Below, in pieces: positions 1 through 9,999 of a DNA stretch of 50,795 nt. The notes beneath the pieces were generated by a model, which saw nothing but the letters and a program-made list of their open reading frames with translations, did not search any database and was not told the origin of the DNA. Position numbers and translations under genes: made by a program. The stretch's first letter is position 1, and each line of letters starts with the position of its first letter. Source of the DNA: a virus (lineage: Duplodnaviria > Heunggongvirae > Uroviricota > Caudoviricetes); IMG/VR virus record IMGVR_UViG_3300008262_000042, positions 128,803 to 179,597 of that record. The stretch is one strand, 5' to 3'.

Positions 1-2
1 TC

Positions 3-392
3 AATCTACAACCAGGAGATAAAATTTCACTATATAATAGCGCGTCTTTAGGATGGAGTGATAAATTTGAATTAACTGTAAAATCTATAGGTTTTGCAGG
101 TATACCAACTTCTGCCTCGTCTAGATTAGTTGTAGATTTATTAGAAACCCCAGGTTTAAATTTATTTACACAATCAGCATCTCCAGATAGTACGACATTA
201 GCAAATTTTAAAGCTTGTAAATACGTAATATGGAAAAGAGTGCCAGACGAAACTAATATTGTTTTAAAATATAATCCAAAAAATTCTACTTTAGTAGAAG
301 AAGGTTTACTATATCCTCAATATATTGATCAAGATCTAAGAATAAAATCAGGGGATATTATTAAGTCATTAAAATCTCAAAACTTAATATAG
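3..392 (+). CDS. 3' end of a gene running in from the left, probably virion structural
   Basis: Open frame from the window edge to TAG at 390-392, co-oriented with the structural genes downstream. Confidence 0.6.
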   Translation, partial: NLQPGDKISLYNSASLGWSDKFELTVKSIGFAGIPTSASSRLVVDLLETPGLNLFTQSASPDSTTLANFKACKYVIWKRVPDETNIVLKYNPKNSTLVEEGLLYPQYIDQDLRIKSGDIIKSLKSQNLI

Positions 393-465
393 TTTATCTA
401 CCAATAATAAAAATAGTTATGAGAAACAGAAAAATATTATATTTATATTTAAAGAAAAATAAAAC

Positions 466-1125
466 ATGTCTTATTTAAGTCAAACTTCAGTAGTAGTAGA
501 CGCAATACTTACTAAAAAAGGTAGAGAGCTTCTTTCAAGAAACGATGGCTCTTTTAGAATAACTCAATTCTCATTATCTGATGACGAAGTAGATTATACA
601 TTATATAATCCTACACATCCATCAGGATCTGCTTTCTATGGCGAAGCTATTGAAGCTATGCCAGTTTTGCAAGCGTTTCCTAATGATAATGAAATTATGA
701 AGTATAAGCTAATTACTCTACCAAGAGGCACAGCAAAAATACCTGTGATTAGCATACCATACAATACAATACAACTTAAACAGGGTGCGTCGCTTTCTAT
801 AACTCCTCAAACTTTAAATTACCTAAGTGCTACTACACAATTTGAACCATCTGGTTACATCGTTACTATAGGTGATGTTAGAACTATGAGTTCATTTACT
901 GGAGTTGGTATAAATACAGCTGAAGCGACTGCTTTAAATGCTACTACAACTATAGGAACTAATGTTAGTAAGACCGTAATAGGAACTACTATAAATCTAA
1001 CAGCAACTACTGTTAATACATTATTCGGATCACAAACAATCTTATATACTACTTTAATCATCACAGGAAGAGACTCAGGTGCTAGAATATCTATTCCAGT
1101 TCAAATAACAAAAGTTAATTCATAA
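466..1125 (+). CDS. Conserved large-phage protein, probable tail/baseplate structural protein
   Basis: 219 aa, Thr/Ser-rich and beta-rich; N-terminal DAILTKKGRE...F.LSDDEVDY motif of large-phage structural modules; ATATTTAT upstream. Confidence 0.55.
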   Translation: MSYLSQTSVVVDAILTKKGRELLSRNDGSFRITQFSLSDDEVDYTLYNPTHPSGSAFYGEAIEAMPVLQAFPNDNEIMKYKLITLPRGTAKIPVISIPYNTIQLKQGASLSITPQTLNYLSATTQFEPSGYIVTIGDVRTMSSFTGVGINTAEATALNATTTIGTNVSKTVIGTTINLTATTVNTLFGSQTILYTTLIITGRDSGARISIPVQITKVNS

Positions 1126-1143
1126 TAAACTTCATTTTAAAAT

Positions 1144-2175
1144 ATGTCATTTACAACATTAGCTGCAACAGATTTTGTAGTATCCGCGGATTCAGTAACT
1201 GCTCCAGCATGGAGTGGTAATGTTCCTACACTAAATACATTTTATACCGCTTCTACTGGAGTTTCTAGTAGTTTTTATAGAGATGTATATAACTTAGATC
1301 CTTCTAGTATTAATTCTGCTATTCAATTTTCAATAGCTTATGGTAGAAGCGACGGATCAGGTTCTGCTCCTATAAACTCTCTTATTCCTGGAAACACTCC
1401 AACAAGAATTAACTTTGGACAATTTAGAAATTTAGTATTTGGAGATGCAGAATCTAGCTTTAACTTTGGAGATGGAAATCCATCATCATATGATCTAATT
1501 GCAATATCAGTTGATAGAAGCCGATATAAAGAGAGCTTAATGCCAGGTACATTCAACTTAGCGTTATCTAGCTCAGCAGGTAAGATTCACTTAACTGACA
1601 ACTCTATAGATGCTACAACTATTAATTATCTAGATTGTGGAAGAGTATTTAACGTAGTTTCTGGCTCTAATGGTAGTTCTGCTACTGTTACTGCACCTTT
1701 AGGATCTAGTACAAAAGGGTATACAGTATCTGGTTCTTATGGACTATTCTTACCTGATATCGGCACAATCATATTGAATCCAAGAGCATTAGCATTACCA
1801 TTCGCTTCAGGAGGATTAGCGATTCCTTTCTATTCAGGTAGTAATGCTAACCAAAACTTAGCTAATAATGATTTAATTTACTCTGCAATATCTTCAGGAT
1901 TAGGTTTCCAATTACAATCTCAAGAGACAATATCATCTAATTATATATTTGTTAGAGTTAGAAATAGTGATTATAACTATACGACTAATCCATCATTTAT
2001 AACAGGATCTGGAGAGATGGTATACACTAATTTCATTAACAGTCCACAAACATATCCTACAACTGTAGGTTTATATAACGATAATAACGACCTTTTAGCA
2101 GTTGCAAAACTTTCTAAACCGTTAACTAAAGACTTTACAAAGGAAATGTTGATTAGAGTCAAATTAGATTGGTAA
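1144..2175 (+). CDS. Probable tail/baseplate protein with tail-collar-like C-terminus
   Basis: 343 aa, Ser/Gly-rich; C-terminal TTVGLYNDNNDLLAVAKLSKP resembles phage tail-collar fibre domains. Confidence 0.55.
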   Translation: MSFTTLAATDFVVSADSVTAPAWSGNVPTLNTFYTASTGVSSSFYRDVYNLDPSSINSAIQFSIAYGRSDGSGSAPINSLIPGNTPTRINFGQFRNLVFGDAESSFNFGDGNPSSYDLIAISVDRSRYKESLMPGTFNLALSSSAGKIHLTDNSIDATTINYLDCGRVFNVVSGSNGSSATVTAPLGSSTKGYTVSGSYGLFLPDIGTIILNPRALALPFASGGLAIPFYSGSNANQNLANNDLIYSAISSGLGFQLQSQETISSNYIFVRVRNSDYNYTTNPSFITGSGEMVYTNFINSPQTYPTTVGLYNDNNDLLAVAKLSKPLTKDFTKEMLIRVKLDW

Positions 2176-2176
2176 T

Positions 2177-3019
2177 ATGAGCATATGCAAAAATAGTATA
2201 TTTACATCTGATGTATCTACTGTTCCAATAAAGGTAAAATATTCGCAATCTTTGTTCGCTTTTGATCCTACTTATAATGCGCATGTGTTATCAGGGTCAA
2301 ATGGAAGCGTTACAAATAGCGGATCTTTAACCTATTCGACCTTATTATATAGAATGATACGTCAAATGTATTATATGAACTACTTATCAGGCTCTTTATT
2401 AGGTTCTGGAAGTGGTTGGGATTCTTCTTTGCAATCTACAGCAGCATCAGGCACTTTGGATGATGATTATAGATATTTTCCAACAGAATCTAACGCAAAT
2501 ATTCAAGTTTTATATATGCCAAGAGATCTTGTAGGCGAACAAATATCTCCAAGTAGCTTAAGAATTTCTCACTCCTACTCAAACTTGCATGTAATAGACG
2601 ATGGAAATGGAAATTTAGTAAAAGTTAGTGGAAGTGAAAGAGTTGGCAACGTTATATATTCGCAGGGCGTTGTAATATTTACTAAAACAGGATCAGCTTT
2701 AATGATTGAATCGCCTAATCCTGAAGGTATAGATAATCCATTAGTAACATTTCAAGCTGAGAGTACTATATATGAGAACTCTGTTAGATGTAGAGTATCT
2801 GAAAATGACTTTAATTATACTTTAAACCCAAGCGCGAACAAAGCAGGCAGTACAGGATCATATATAGATGCTGTAACAGGTTCAGATTTTAGACCTTATG
2901 CGACTACAGTAGGACTTTATAATTCAGCAGATGAACTTCTTGTTGTTGGAAAACTCTCTACTCCATACCCTATTCCATCAAATACAGATTTAACTTTTAT
3001 AATTCGTTGGGATAGTTAG
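2177..3019 (+). CDS. Paralogue of the preceding tail/baseplate protein
   Basis: Shares the NYT.NPS...TTVGLYN...LL.V.KLS.P C-terminal block with 1144-2175. Confidence 0.55.
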   Translation: MSICKNSIFTSDVSTVPIKVKYSQSLFAFDPTYNAHVLSGSNGSVTNSGSLTYSTLLYRMIRQMYYMNYLSGSLLGSGSGWDSSLQSTAASGTLDDDYRYFPTESNANIQVLYMPRDLVGEQISPSSLRISHSYSNLHVIDDGNGNLVKVSGSERVGNVIYSQGVVIFTKTGSALMIESPNPEGIDNPLVTFQAESTIYENSVRCRVSENDFNYTLNPSANKAGSTGSYIDAVTGSDFRPYATTVGLYNSADELLVVGKLSTPYPIPSNTDLTFIIRWDS

Positions 3020-3036
3020 ATATTTATTTAAAGATT

Positions 3037-3465
3037 ATGATTAATTTAATAAATATACTTAAGAGTGTTCTATTAGAATACACGCCAAGCGATCCATCTA
3101 ATATAGATAAAGCAATAAATGATATAAGTAGTTTAGGTTATAGAAATCCTTTAAATCCTAGTGAAATTGTAATAGACGATAAAGTAATAATTGAAGTTTC
3201 AAATTGGGATAAAAGACTTTGGATAAGTAGTTTAAAATCAATAGAAAAAAAAGAGGGCAATGCTACTAAAGTTATGACTACTATTTGTAAGATAGCAGAT
3301 AAACATAATGTAACTATAGCGCTAGATCCTGTACCTTATGGAAAAGATAAAAATAAGCTAAATTATAAGCAATTAGTTAATTTTTATAAAAAATTTGGTT
3401 TTAAATTTGAAGAAGGGGAAGAGGGTTTTGGCGATATGGAAAGAGTTGCTAATCAAAATAGCTAG
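3037..3465 (+). CDS. GNAT-fold acetyltransferase-like protein with a putative capsid-targeting propeptide
   Basis: KEGNATKVM (motif A-like) and LVNFYKKFGF (GNAT motif B); N-terminus MINLINILKSVLLE. Confidence 0.6.
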   Translation: MINLINILKSVLLEYTPSDPSNIDKAINDISSLGYRNPLNPSEIVIDDKVIIEVSNWDKRLWISSLKSIEKKEGNATKVMTTICKIADKHNVTIALDPVPYGKDKNKLNYKQLVNFYKKFGFKFEEGEEGFGDMERVANQNS

Positions 3466-3487
3466 ATATTTATATAAAAACAAGTAT

Positions 3488-3943
3488 ATGTCAAATTGGT
3501 TATATGAAGGGAAAGAGATAGTAACTATTTCAGAATTTCCAGAAGGTTGTGTAGGTTTTGTATATATGATTACAAACACTACTAACGGAAAGTTTTACAT
3601 CGGAAAGAAGACACTCCACAACACACTTACTAAGAAGCTTACTAAAAAAGAAACTGAAAGCTGGGACAAACCAGGTAGAATTCCAAAGAAAAAGAAAGAG
3701 AAGAAAGAGAGTAATTGGATTGACTACAATGGAAGTAATAAAGCACTACAAGAAGACATAAAGCTATTAGGTATTCAACATTTTCACAGAGAGATATTAG
3801 AATTCTGCTTTAATAAGAAACAATGTACTTATTACGAAGAGCAGTGGCAACACAAATTAAGAGTGTTGCATGTTGATTCATATAACGATACTATCGCTGG
3901 AAGATACTATAGACGCGATGTAAAAGTTGATCCTGAATTATAA
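3488..3943 (+). CDS. GIY-YIG-family nuclease
   Basis: GFVYMITNTTNGKFYIGKK...Y.GS...F.REILEFC...YN; ATG at 3488 follows ATATTTAT. Confidence 0.75.
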   Translation: MSNWLYEGKEIVTISEFPEGCVGFVYMITNTTNGKFYIGKKTLHNTLTKKLTKKETESWDKPGRIPKKKKEKKESNWIDYNGSNKALQEDIKLLGIQHFHREILEFCFNKKQCTYYEEQWQHKLRVLHVDSYNDTIAGRYYRRDVKVDPEL

Positions 3944-3954
3944 TAAATATTGAA

Positions 3955-4344
3955 TTAGTCCATTTTAGACCCTTGAGGATAGATATTAGCTCTAGGATCT
4001 TGTGATTTTGGTGTGATGTCGCCTTTACCAGTCATAAGGCTATATGTTCCAAAAGTCTCTAATCCGCTATTAAATGATATAAATTTTGGATAAACTGTTG
4101 TAGCATTTCCAAACTTATAAGCTTCTAGATCTTGGTTAACTAATTTACCACTACTTCTAACAGCATCCATAAATTCTTCAGGAGTTACTATATTAGCATC
4201 TACTCCTAGTTTATCTAGGTCTTGTTTAATGTAAGATCGTCCACTAGATATATCACTTAGCCACTGATTAAATGATGTTTCGGCTTCTGTAAGTATGCCT
4301 GCTAATTTTTGTAATCTTTTCGCTTCGTTAATTATCTGCTTCAT
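3955..4344 (-). CDS. Hypothetical protein, possible internal head protein
   Basis: MKQIINEAKRLQKLAGILTE N-terminus; ATATTTAT upstream. Confidence 0.55.
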   Translation of the reverse strand: MKQIINEAKRLQKLAGILTEAETSFNQWLSDISSGRSYIKQDLDKLGVDANIVTPEEFMDAVRSSGKLVNQDLEAYKFGNATTVYPKFISFNSGLETFGTYSLMTGKGDITPKSQDPRANIYPQGSKMD

Positions 4345-4414
4345 TTTATTGTTTTTATGTATAAATATGTAATAAATGCTTATAGTATGGCAATATATAG
4401 ATCTTTCCCAAAAG

Positions 4415-4555
4415 CGCACCCGAGCTCATCCTCAGAGTCTAATTAAAGGGATAATATAACATATAGGCCATAAAAAAGAGCTCTGGTGAGCTCCTGGTGT
4501 GTCTTGGGCGTATTGGTTATCAATGAGTTATAACTGATTGACTATCAATTAAATA
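4415..4555. repeat. Copy 1 of a dispersed intergenic repeat with IHF-like boxes
   Basis: TATCAATGAGTTA at 4518-4530 matches WATCAANNNNTTR; GAGCTC motifs shared with five other loci. Confidence 0.6.
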
Positions 4556-4573
4556 TGCAGTATACTATTACAA

Positions 4574-4882
4574 TTACTTTACTGTAAGCGAATTCGCTGC
4601 TTGTTCTAAATGTTTAATGCAATCTTCTTTTGTTGCAAAAGGTTTTTCAGTTTTATATAAAGTATCTCCATAAGATTCACTAAAAGATGGCCGACTTCTA
4701 AATCCAGCTGCTGGCAAATCACTAGACACATACTTTTTTAAATATCCAGTAAATCCGCGTTTAGTTGGTACTATAATACCAGCGATTTTAAAAGCTGATT
4801 TATTTAAAATCATAACTTCTTTTACAAAAATATTTTCACTATCTGTATCATTTTCTATCAATAAATCTGTTAAATTAATCAT
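4574..4882 (-). CDS. Hypothetical protein, possible internal head protein
   Basis: MINLTDLLIE N-terminus resembles the 3037 ORF; ATATTTAT upstream. Confidence 0.55.
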   Translation of the reverse strand: MINLTDLLIENDTDSENIFVKEVMILNKSAFKIAGIIVPTKRGFTGYLKKYVSSDLPAAGFRSRPSFSESYGDTLYKTEKPFATKEDCIKHLEQAANSLTVK

Positions 4883-4928
4883 ACTATTATCTTTTACATA
4901 AATATCAAGCATTTTAGTAAAGATAGTA

Positions 4929-5924
4929 TTAATACATCAAACTACTATCTTTTATGTCTTGTAAAAACTTAGGATTATTACCTAAATTGAAACTATCATT
5001 AAATATCCATGTGTAAGGAATGTTTTTAGTAGGTCGTTTTTGTCCATGAGATATAGCTATGTGCTTCCAAAAAAAGCACGTTTTATCTTCTACGTTTAAA
5101 TACTTCTGTTCTTTCATAGGATTATTAGGATGCTCTACTAAAATTTGCATCTGTCTTACCCACTCTTCTGCTTGTTTATTTTCAGGTATAAAATCGCCTA
5201 ATTCATTTATAGTATATTTAACTTTACCATTTAAGTTCTGTCCACCAAATATTTGATGTAGCCCATCGAAATGTCCAGTTCCTCCAAATAGTATAGATTC
5301 TGGGTCTACTAAATGAGGATATGACATTGCAATGTATCTTGCTGTATTTTTACATGGATATAATGGACTTCTAAAATTTTGATGTTCTTTAAAATATGAC
5401 TCAAGGAATTTAGCAAATTGCATCATAGTCATTTTAGGTCGTATACCGCTTTCAATCTCATCTAATACATAGAATAAATCATCCGCAGCTTTCTTAGGTC
5501 CTGTGAGAATCCACTCTTTTACATTTGTGCCCTTAGGATAATATATTTGAAATAGATCATTACGAGCATGCCTATTTTCTTTAAAGTGTTCTTTAGTGGC
5601 TTGTATGCCTTCATTATATAATTTAGTGAATGTACCCCAATGTTCATTTGTAAAACTAAAGACTAAAGTTAAAAATAATCTAGCACGGTTATCAGTAACA
5701 TTTTGCATCCACTCGCAATATGGATGTTCATGCCAATGTAAACGATGTGAGAAGATCTGGTATTCTGATTTTAGTAAATCATCTTGTCTATCGTCGAATT
5801 TATGACAGAACTCAAAAAACTTATCTAAGCGTTGATCTAAAGTCCAATCCTTCATCCAACTATCTATAGGCTTCTTTCCCTTAAAAAGTACTTCACATGT
5901 ATTTTGATATATTATATTGCTCAT
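4929..5924 (-). CDS. Putative DNA base-hypermodification enzyme (aGPT-PPlase / amino acid:DNA transferase-like helical fold)
   Basis: FFEF..K...R.DDLL N-terminal block and NVEDKTCFF C-terminal block resemble this family; distant paralogue of 6672-7856. Confidence 0.5.
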   Translation of the reverse strand: MSNIIYQNTCEVLFKGKKPIDSWMKDWTLDQRLDKFFEFCHKFDDRQDDLLKSEYQIFSHRLHWHEHPYCEWMQNVTDNRARLFLTLVFSFTNEHWGTFTKLYNEGIQATKEHFKENRHARNDLFQIYYPKGTNVKEWILTGPKKAADDLFYVLDEIESGIRPKMTMMQFAKFLESYFKEHQNFRSPLYPCKNTARYIAMSYPHLVDPESILFGGTGHFDGLHQIFGGQNLNGKVKYTINELGDFIPENKQAEEWVRQMQILVEHPNNPMKEQKYLNVEDKTCFFWKHIAISHGQKRPTKNIPYTWIFNDSFNLGNNPKFLQDIKDSSLMY

Positions 5925-6397
5925 GATTTCTTATTGAAGTATGATATTTTATGTTCGGTAATTGCTGCAACTTCTTGTTGATCTAGTGTGTATTCTTCTG
6001 ATATATACGTAGCGTCTCTATTGATAACTAGAGATGGAGTTTCGCTCCCTTCTAATAGTATTACGTCTTTTCTAGAAAGTTTTGACGTGTCTATTTTTAT
6101 TATTTTACCATCTGTTTTATGAGGTTTTATTGTAGGTATACTAACAATATAAAGATAATCACACTTAAGTATGTTTTCTATATTTTTTCCTGTTTTCGAT
6201 TCAGATATGCACCATGAATTATGTTTTACAAATGGAGTTAACGTCTTTACTTGACACTTAAGATCTTCTATTTCTAAATCCCAATAACCAAATTCTTGCA
6301 CATTCCACATAACTTTTTTACCATTAGATGTACACTTATTAGCTATAATTTTCTCTCCTATTGTACCAATGGCTTTTTGTTTAAAACTTCTATCCAT
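5921..6397 (-). CDS. PD-(D/E)XK restriction-like nuclease
   Basis: GTIGEKII...YWDLEI...CQVKT catalytic-like pattern. Confidence 0.55.
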   Translation of the reverse strand: MDRSFKQKAIGTIGEKIIANKCTSNGKKVMWNVQEFGYWDLEIEDLKCQVKTLTPFVKHNSWCISESKTGKNIENILKCDYLYIVSIPTIKPHKTDGKIIKIDTSKLSRKDVILLEGSETPSLVINRDATYISEEYTLDQQEVAAITEHKISYFNKKS

Positions 6398-6399
6398 GA

Positions 6400-6675
6400 T
6401 TATAGATTTATACTTATTGTTATTTGCACTTTATTTTCAACTTCAAGATGTTTTCTTTTGCTGAGTATATAGTTTAGATCTTTTTCATCATATCTTTTAA
6501 CTTCTATAGGTTCATTAGGATCAATAATTTCTATATTAATAAGTTTCTGTTCTAAAAGATGTATGCCTAATTTAGCAGCCATTTCTTTTGTTACGTGATC
6601 TATAACTTTATTTTTTTCTAATGTAGATTGTCTAAATAAATTCGCGTTTATTTCTACAACTTGTGAGTGTTTCAT
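6400..6675 (-). CDS. Hypothetical protein
   Basis: 91 aa ORF with translationally coupled ends. Confidence 0.6.
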   Translation of the reverse strand: MKHSQVVEINANLFRQSTLEKNKVIDHVTKEMAAKLGIHLLEQKLINIEIIDPNEPIEVKRYDEKDLNYILSKRKHLEVENKVQITISINL

Positions 6676-7856
6676 AATGCGTATAATTGATTAACTTTTT
6701 GTTTGTATTGTTCCTCTGTAATTAATAATGATTTAATAACCTTATCATCTGATGGGTGATCTTTCATACCATTAAAGGATGGCACTAGGTTTAGATCGAG
6801 CATTGCTTTTTGTCTTCCGTAAGGATGATCAAGTATATTACAACTATTCCATACATAATCTAAGTCTAAATGATCGTAGTCTGCACCAGGTTTAACATAG
6901 TTTTCAACCCATCTGATAAAATCACAAGCCACGTCTTCCGCATTATAAGGAAAAGCTCCTGTATCTTCATATACTTTTAACATTACGGCATCTAAAAAGT
7001 CTTCTTTTGGCATTTTGATAGTCTTACTTGCTAAATAACTTATGCACTCTTCTGCGTTAGATCCGTAATAAAATACGCTTTCTCTATTTACATATTCGGG
7101 AAACCAATCCGCTATATCTGCTATAAATGCAGCATATTGGAATTTAAAAGCACGGAGACCATTTCGTTTATTCCAATCAAATAAAAACTGTCCAATTACG
7201 CGTAAGTCTTTTTTCTTTTCTCCTGTTTCTAAAAATACAACTAAGTCATCAATTAATCTAGGTACATATTCGCAAATAAAATAATCACCACCACGTTTAT
7301 ATCGACCTTGAGGTTTTGGAAAACTAGGAAATTGATAACCTACTGAAGTATAGAAGGGTTTTATAGCTTGTTTGATAATTTCTACCATTTGAGGTATATT
7401 ATCTGCTTTATGTAGTTCGAATAGGAGCGTATTATGATAGCCTGAAGGCTTCTTTGAATAGTTAATTCCTGAACCAGTTAACCTATGGAACATAAAAAGA
7501 AATAACCATTCTTTTAGACCAAACACACTTTGTTTACCAGTCCAATTTTTAGACACGAGTTCTCTCTGTTTAGTCATATGTTGTTGTTGCATTTTATGCC
7601 AATATGGATGATCAGGAGACCAACCATAAAAAGCATCGTTAACAATCTGAGAGAATCCTGCATACTTTCTTTCTACTACATCATATAACTCTACATGCTT
7701 CATTAGATCGTCATTAACGCTTGAATCAGCATGTTTTAACATACCTAAATTGCATTCCTCTTGTTGAGTTTTAGCCATTTGGTAGTATCTTATGAACTCA
7801 TCATAATAATTCGTAGGTTTAATATATTTTACTAAACTAGAAATGTGTTTTGTCAT
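6672..7856 (-). CDS. Putative DNA base-hypermodification enzyme (aGPT-PPlase / amino acid:DNA transferase-like)
   Basis: DDLM..V.LYDVVER, F.F.YA..IAD and NAEDVACDFIRW blocks. Confidence 0.55.
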   Translation of the reverse strand: MTKHISSLVKYIKPTNYYDEFIRYYQMAKTQQEECNLGMLKHADSSVNDDLMKHVELYDVVERKYAGFSQIVNDAFYGWSPDHPYWHKMQQQHMTKQRELVSKNWTGKQSVFGLKEWLFLFMFHRLTGSGINYSKKPSGYHNTLLFELHKADNIPQMVEIIKQAIKPFYTSVGYQFPSFPKPQGRYKRGGDYFICEYVPRLIDDLVVFLETGEKKKDLRVIGQFLFDWNKRNGLRAFKFQYAAFIADIADWFPEYVNRESVFYYGSNAEECISYLASKTIKMPKEDFLDAVMLKVYEDTGAFPYNAEDVACDFIRWVENYVKPGADYDHLDLDYVWNSCNILDHPYGRQKAMLDLNLVPSFNGMKDHPSDDKVIKSLLITEEQYKQKVNQLYAL

Positions 7857-8908
7857 TGTATTTTATCGTTTATTTTATTTTCTTCGTAATTCCAGTAGTG
7901 AAACTCTCTTGATATATGAACAGATTGAGGTTTTTCCATTACTTTAAAATCTAATTCACCAGCTTCATTAGTAAATACATTAGGAACATAATAAACATTC
8001 CATCCATTTGCTAAACACATCATTTCAATCTTAATATTAATATATTTAGACAAAGCTGAGCGTTCTTCCCAAGTTCCAAAGTACGGCATTTTTTTATACC
8101 AACCTGTTTTAGGGATTTTTCTAGATACGTTTTCTATAGGTAGCACCTCTACAACAGTGATACTATCTAAATTAAGACTCTTTAATTGGTTTTCATAATC
8201 ACTAATCATCTTATCGATAGACACTAATGGATCAGCTTGCCTCATAAGATGATGTCGAACGTCAATATTTCCCATATAAACAATAAGTTCTTTTGTCCAT
8301 GGATAAACATACGTATTTAGACCTCTACTTAAAGCTCCATGCATAGTCAAACCATCATGTCTTGATACCATAAAACCAGGTCTATAAGTACTAAAACAAT
8401 GAGAGTCTCCAAAAACCAATTTTTCTGTTTTTTCAATAAAATCTACTCTAGGAATGGATGTAGTACATATATTATTTGCAATATCTGCTTTATCTAATAA
8501 TGATTTGAATTGCTCTGTACCTGTTTTGTGCCTAACTTTAATCAAATCTCCAATCATCGGCATATCTACATGTAATGAATAAAGTCTTACGCCTTGTGTA
8601 AATATCCTTTTTACTTGATCATATAGTTCATCATTAGCACCACCGAATATATTAAACACTCCTTTGAATTCCATACCGTGTTCAATTATAATAACTTCAA
8701 AGTCTGACCAATTTGTTTTTTGATCATGAATAAGAGTTACATCAGTATATCCCGCATGTTTTAACTGATTAACAATCATTGTTGGCCAACCAGCTTTGTG
8801 TGAAGATATTTGTTTGCTTATCTTACCAACGATGGCTGAAACGCCTATCTTAATGTTCTTATTTTTTTCGTAGTCTGTAAAATAAGTAAAATTGAAATTG
8901 CTACTCAT
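7853..8908 (-). CDS. Protein with C-terminal SGNH hydrolase/acyltransferase-like domain
   Basis: VFGDSH (block I), MGNIDVR (block III) and SVH (block V). Confidence 0.6.
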   Translation of the reverse strand: MSSNFNFTYFTDYEKNKNIKIGVSAIVGKISKQISSHKAGWPTMIVNQLKHAGYTDVTLIHDQKTNWSDFEVIIIEHGMEFKGVFNIFGGANDELYDQVKRIFTQGVRLYSLHVDMPMIGDLIKVRHKTGTEQFKSLLDKADIANNICTTSIPRVDFIEKTEKLVFGDSHCFSTYRPGFMVSRHDGLTMHGALSRGLNTYVYPWTKELIVYMGNIDVRHHLMRQADPLVSIDKMISDYENQLKSLNLDSITVVEVLPIENVSRKIPKTGWYKKMPYFGTWEERSALSKYINIKIEMMCLANGWNVYYVPNVFTNEAGELDFKVMEKPQSVHISREFHYWNYEENKINDKIQ

Positions 8909-9003
8909 AATTTTGTTTTATTGATTTTATAACATAACTAATATTAACTACTAATATACTAAATTAAGCTAAAGAAAAACAATATTTCTTTCATGTAAGA
9001 ACG

Positions 9004-9033
9004 AAAAAAAGACCCAAACAAGTTGGGTCTTTA
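9004..9033. terminator. Intrinsic terminator
   Basis: AAAGACCCAA-caag-TTGGGTCTTT hairpin with a U tract on the - strand. Confidence 0.7.
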
Positions 9034-9050
9034 AATAGTGTTGTTATTTG

Positions 9051-9299
9051 TTATCTTACATTTCTTCTAAGGAAGTCTAATATAGTATCTATTTCGAATC
9101 CATCATCTACTAGAAATTGAGTAGCCATTACTAGTTTATCACCACCTAAGCCCATGATTCTTTCATCACTAGCCATTGTATCTTCTTCCATAGCAGTACC
9201 TAACTCTTCTTTAGTAGATTTCATATCTACATATCCACCAACGCCTTCGTTTAGAAGTTGGTTATTTCTTACAAATTTTACTAAATCAAAATCTTTCAC
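9051..9299 (-). CDS. Small acidic protein, possible internal head protein
   Basis: GTG start; FDLVKFVRNNQLLNE N-terminus. Confidence 0.5.
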   Translation of the reverse strand: MKDFDLVKFVRNNQLLNEGVGGYVDMKSTKEELGTAMEEDTMASDERIMGLGGDKLVMATQFLVDDGFEIDTILDFLRRNVR

Positions 9300-9463
9300 T
9301 ATGCTTTATTTTTTATAAGTGACCATACTAGGCCAATTGAAGATAGGATGCTACCAATTACTTCATTTACGATTGCTTGATCTGCTACTCCTTTAATTAC
9401 TAGAATACCGCCTGCGAAAGTTAGTGTGTGACGGATAATACCGAATACTTGTTCTTTGTTCAT
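9299..9463 (-). CDS. Small two-TM membrane protein, holin-like
   Basis: MNKEQVFGIIRHTLTFAGGILV...IGLVWSLIKNK: two hydrophobic helices and a basic C-terminus. Confidence 0.6.
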   Translation of the reverse strand: MNKEQVFGIIRHTLTFAGGILVIKGVADQAIVNEVIGSILSSIGLVWSLIKNKA

Positions 9464-9516
9464 GGTTTTATTTATTATAAATATACGAAAAAAAGCCCCA
9501 ATTAAGGGGCTTATGG

Positions 9517-9975
9517 TCATTTTACTAAATGATCTGCTGCATATGTCATCACTGGACTATGGCCTTTGTGTCTTACACTATATCCCATACCTGTTACAAT
9601 ACCAACTGCACTTGCTAATGCTTGATTTGATCTGTATTTTGGATCGGGATTAAGATCGATATCGATCCATGTAGCCACAACTCCAACGTCTTGTTTTAAA
9701 ATTTCGGCTACTTCAACTGAAAACCAAACTTCATTTAAGAGTCTATTAACGTTTTCTTTTTCCCGAATAGTACTAAATTTAGAGTAAATCACATGAGCAC
9801 CTTTACCGGGTTTATATAAACCGATGACAATAGCATATATTGTTTCTTTCTTTCTATTTTGAGAATCGCAACCAATTAAGACTTGCGTTTCTGGGTGCTT
9901 TCGAATGTAGCTTTTTATATAGCTAACTAAATCTACATGCACATTTGTAGATAGTGTTTTGTATACCTTTTCCAT
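9517..9975 (-). CDS. RNase H-like YkuK (DUF458) family protein
   Basis: IGCDSQ, RLLNEV..S, IDIDLN and YAADH motifs. Confidence 0.8.
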   Translation of the reverse strand: MEKVYKTLSTNVHVDLVSYIKSYIRKHPETQVLIGCDSQNRKKETIYAIVIGLYKPGKGAHVIYSKFSTIREKENVNRLLNEVWFSVEVAEILKQDVGVVATWIDIDLNPDPKYRSNQALASAVGIVTGMGYSVRHKGHSPVMTYAADHLVK

Positions 9976-9999
9976 TTCTGTGGAGTTTAAAAAATTAAG

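Noticed and set aside
3395-3487. N-terminal extension of the GIY-YIG ORF
   Set aside because: Overlaps the upstream gene; ATG 3488 has the promoter motif and A-rich context
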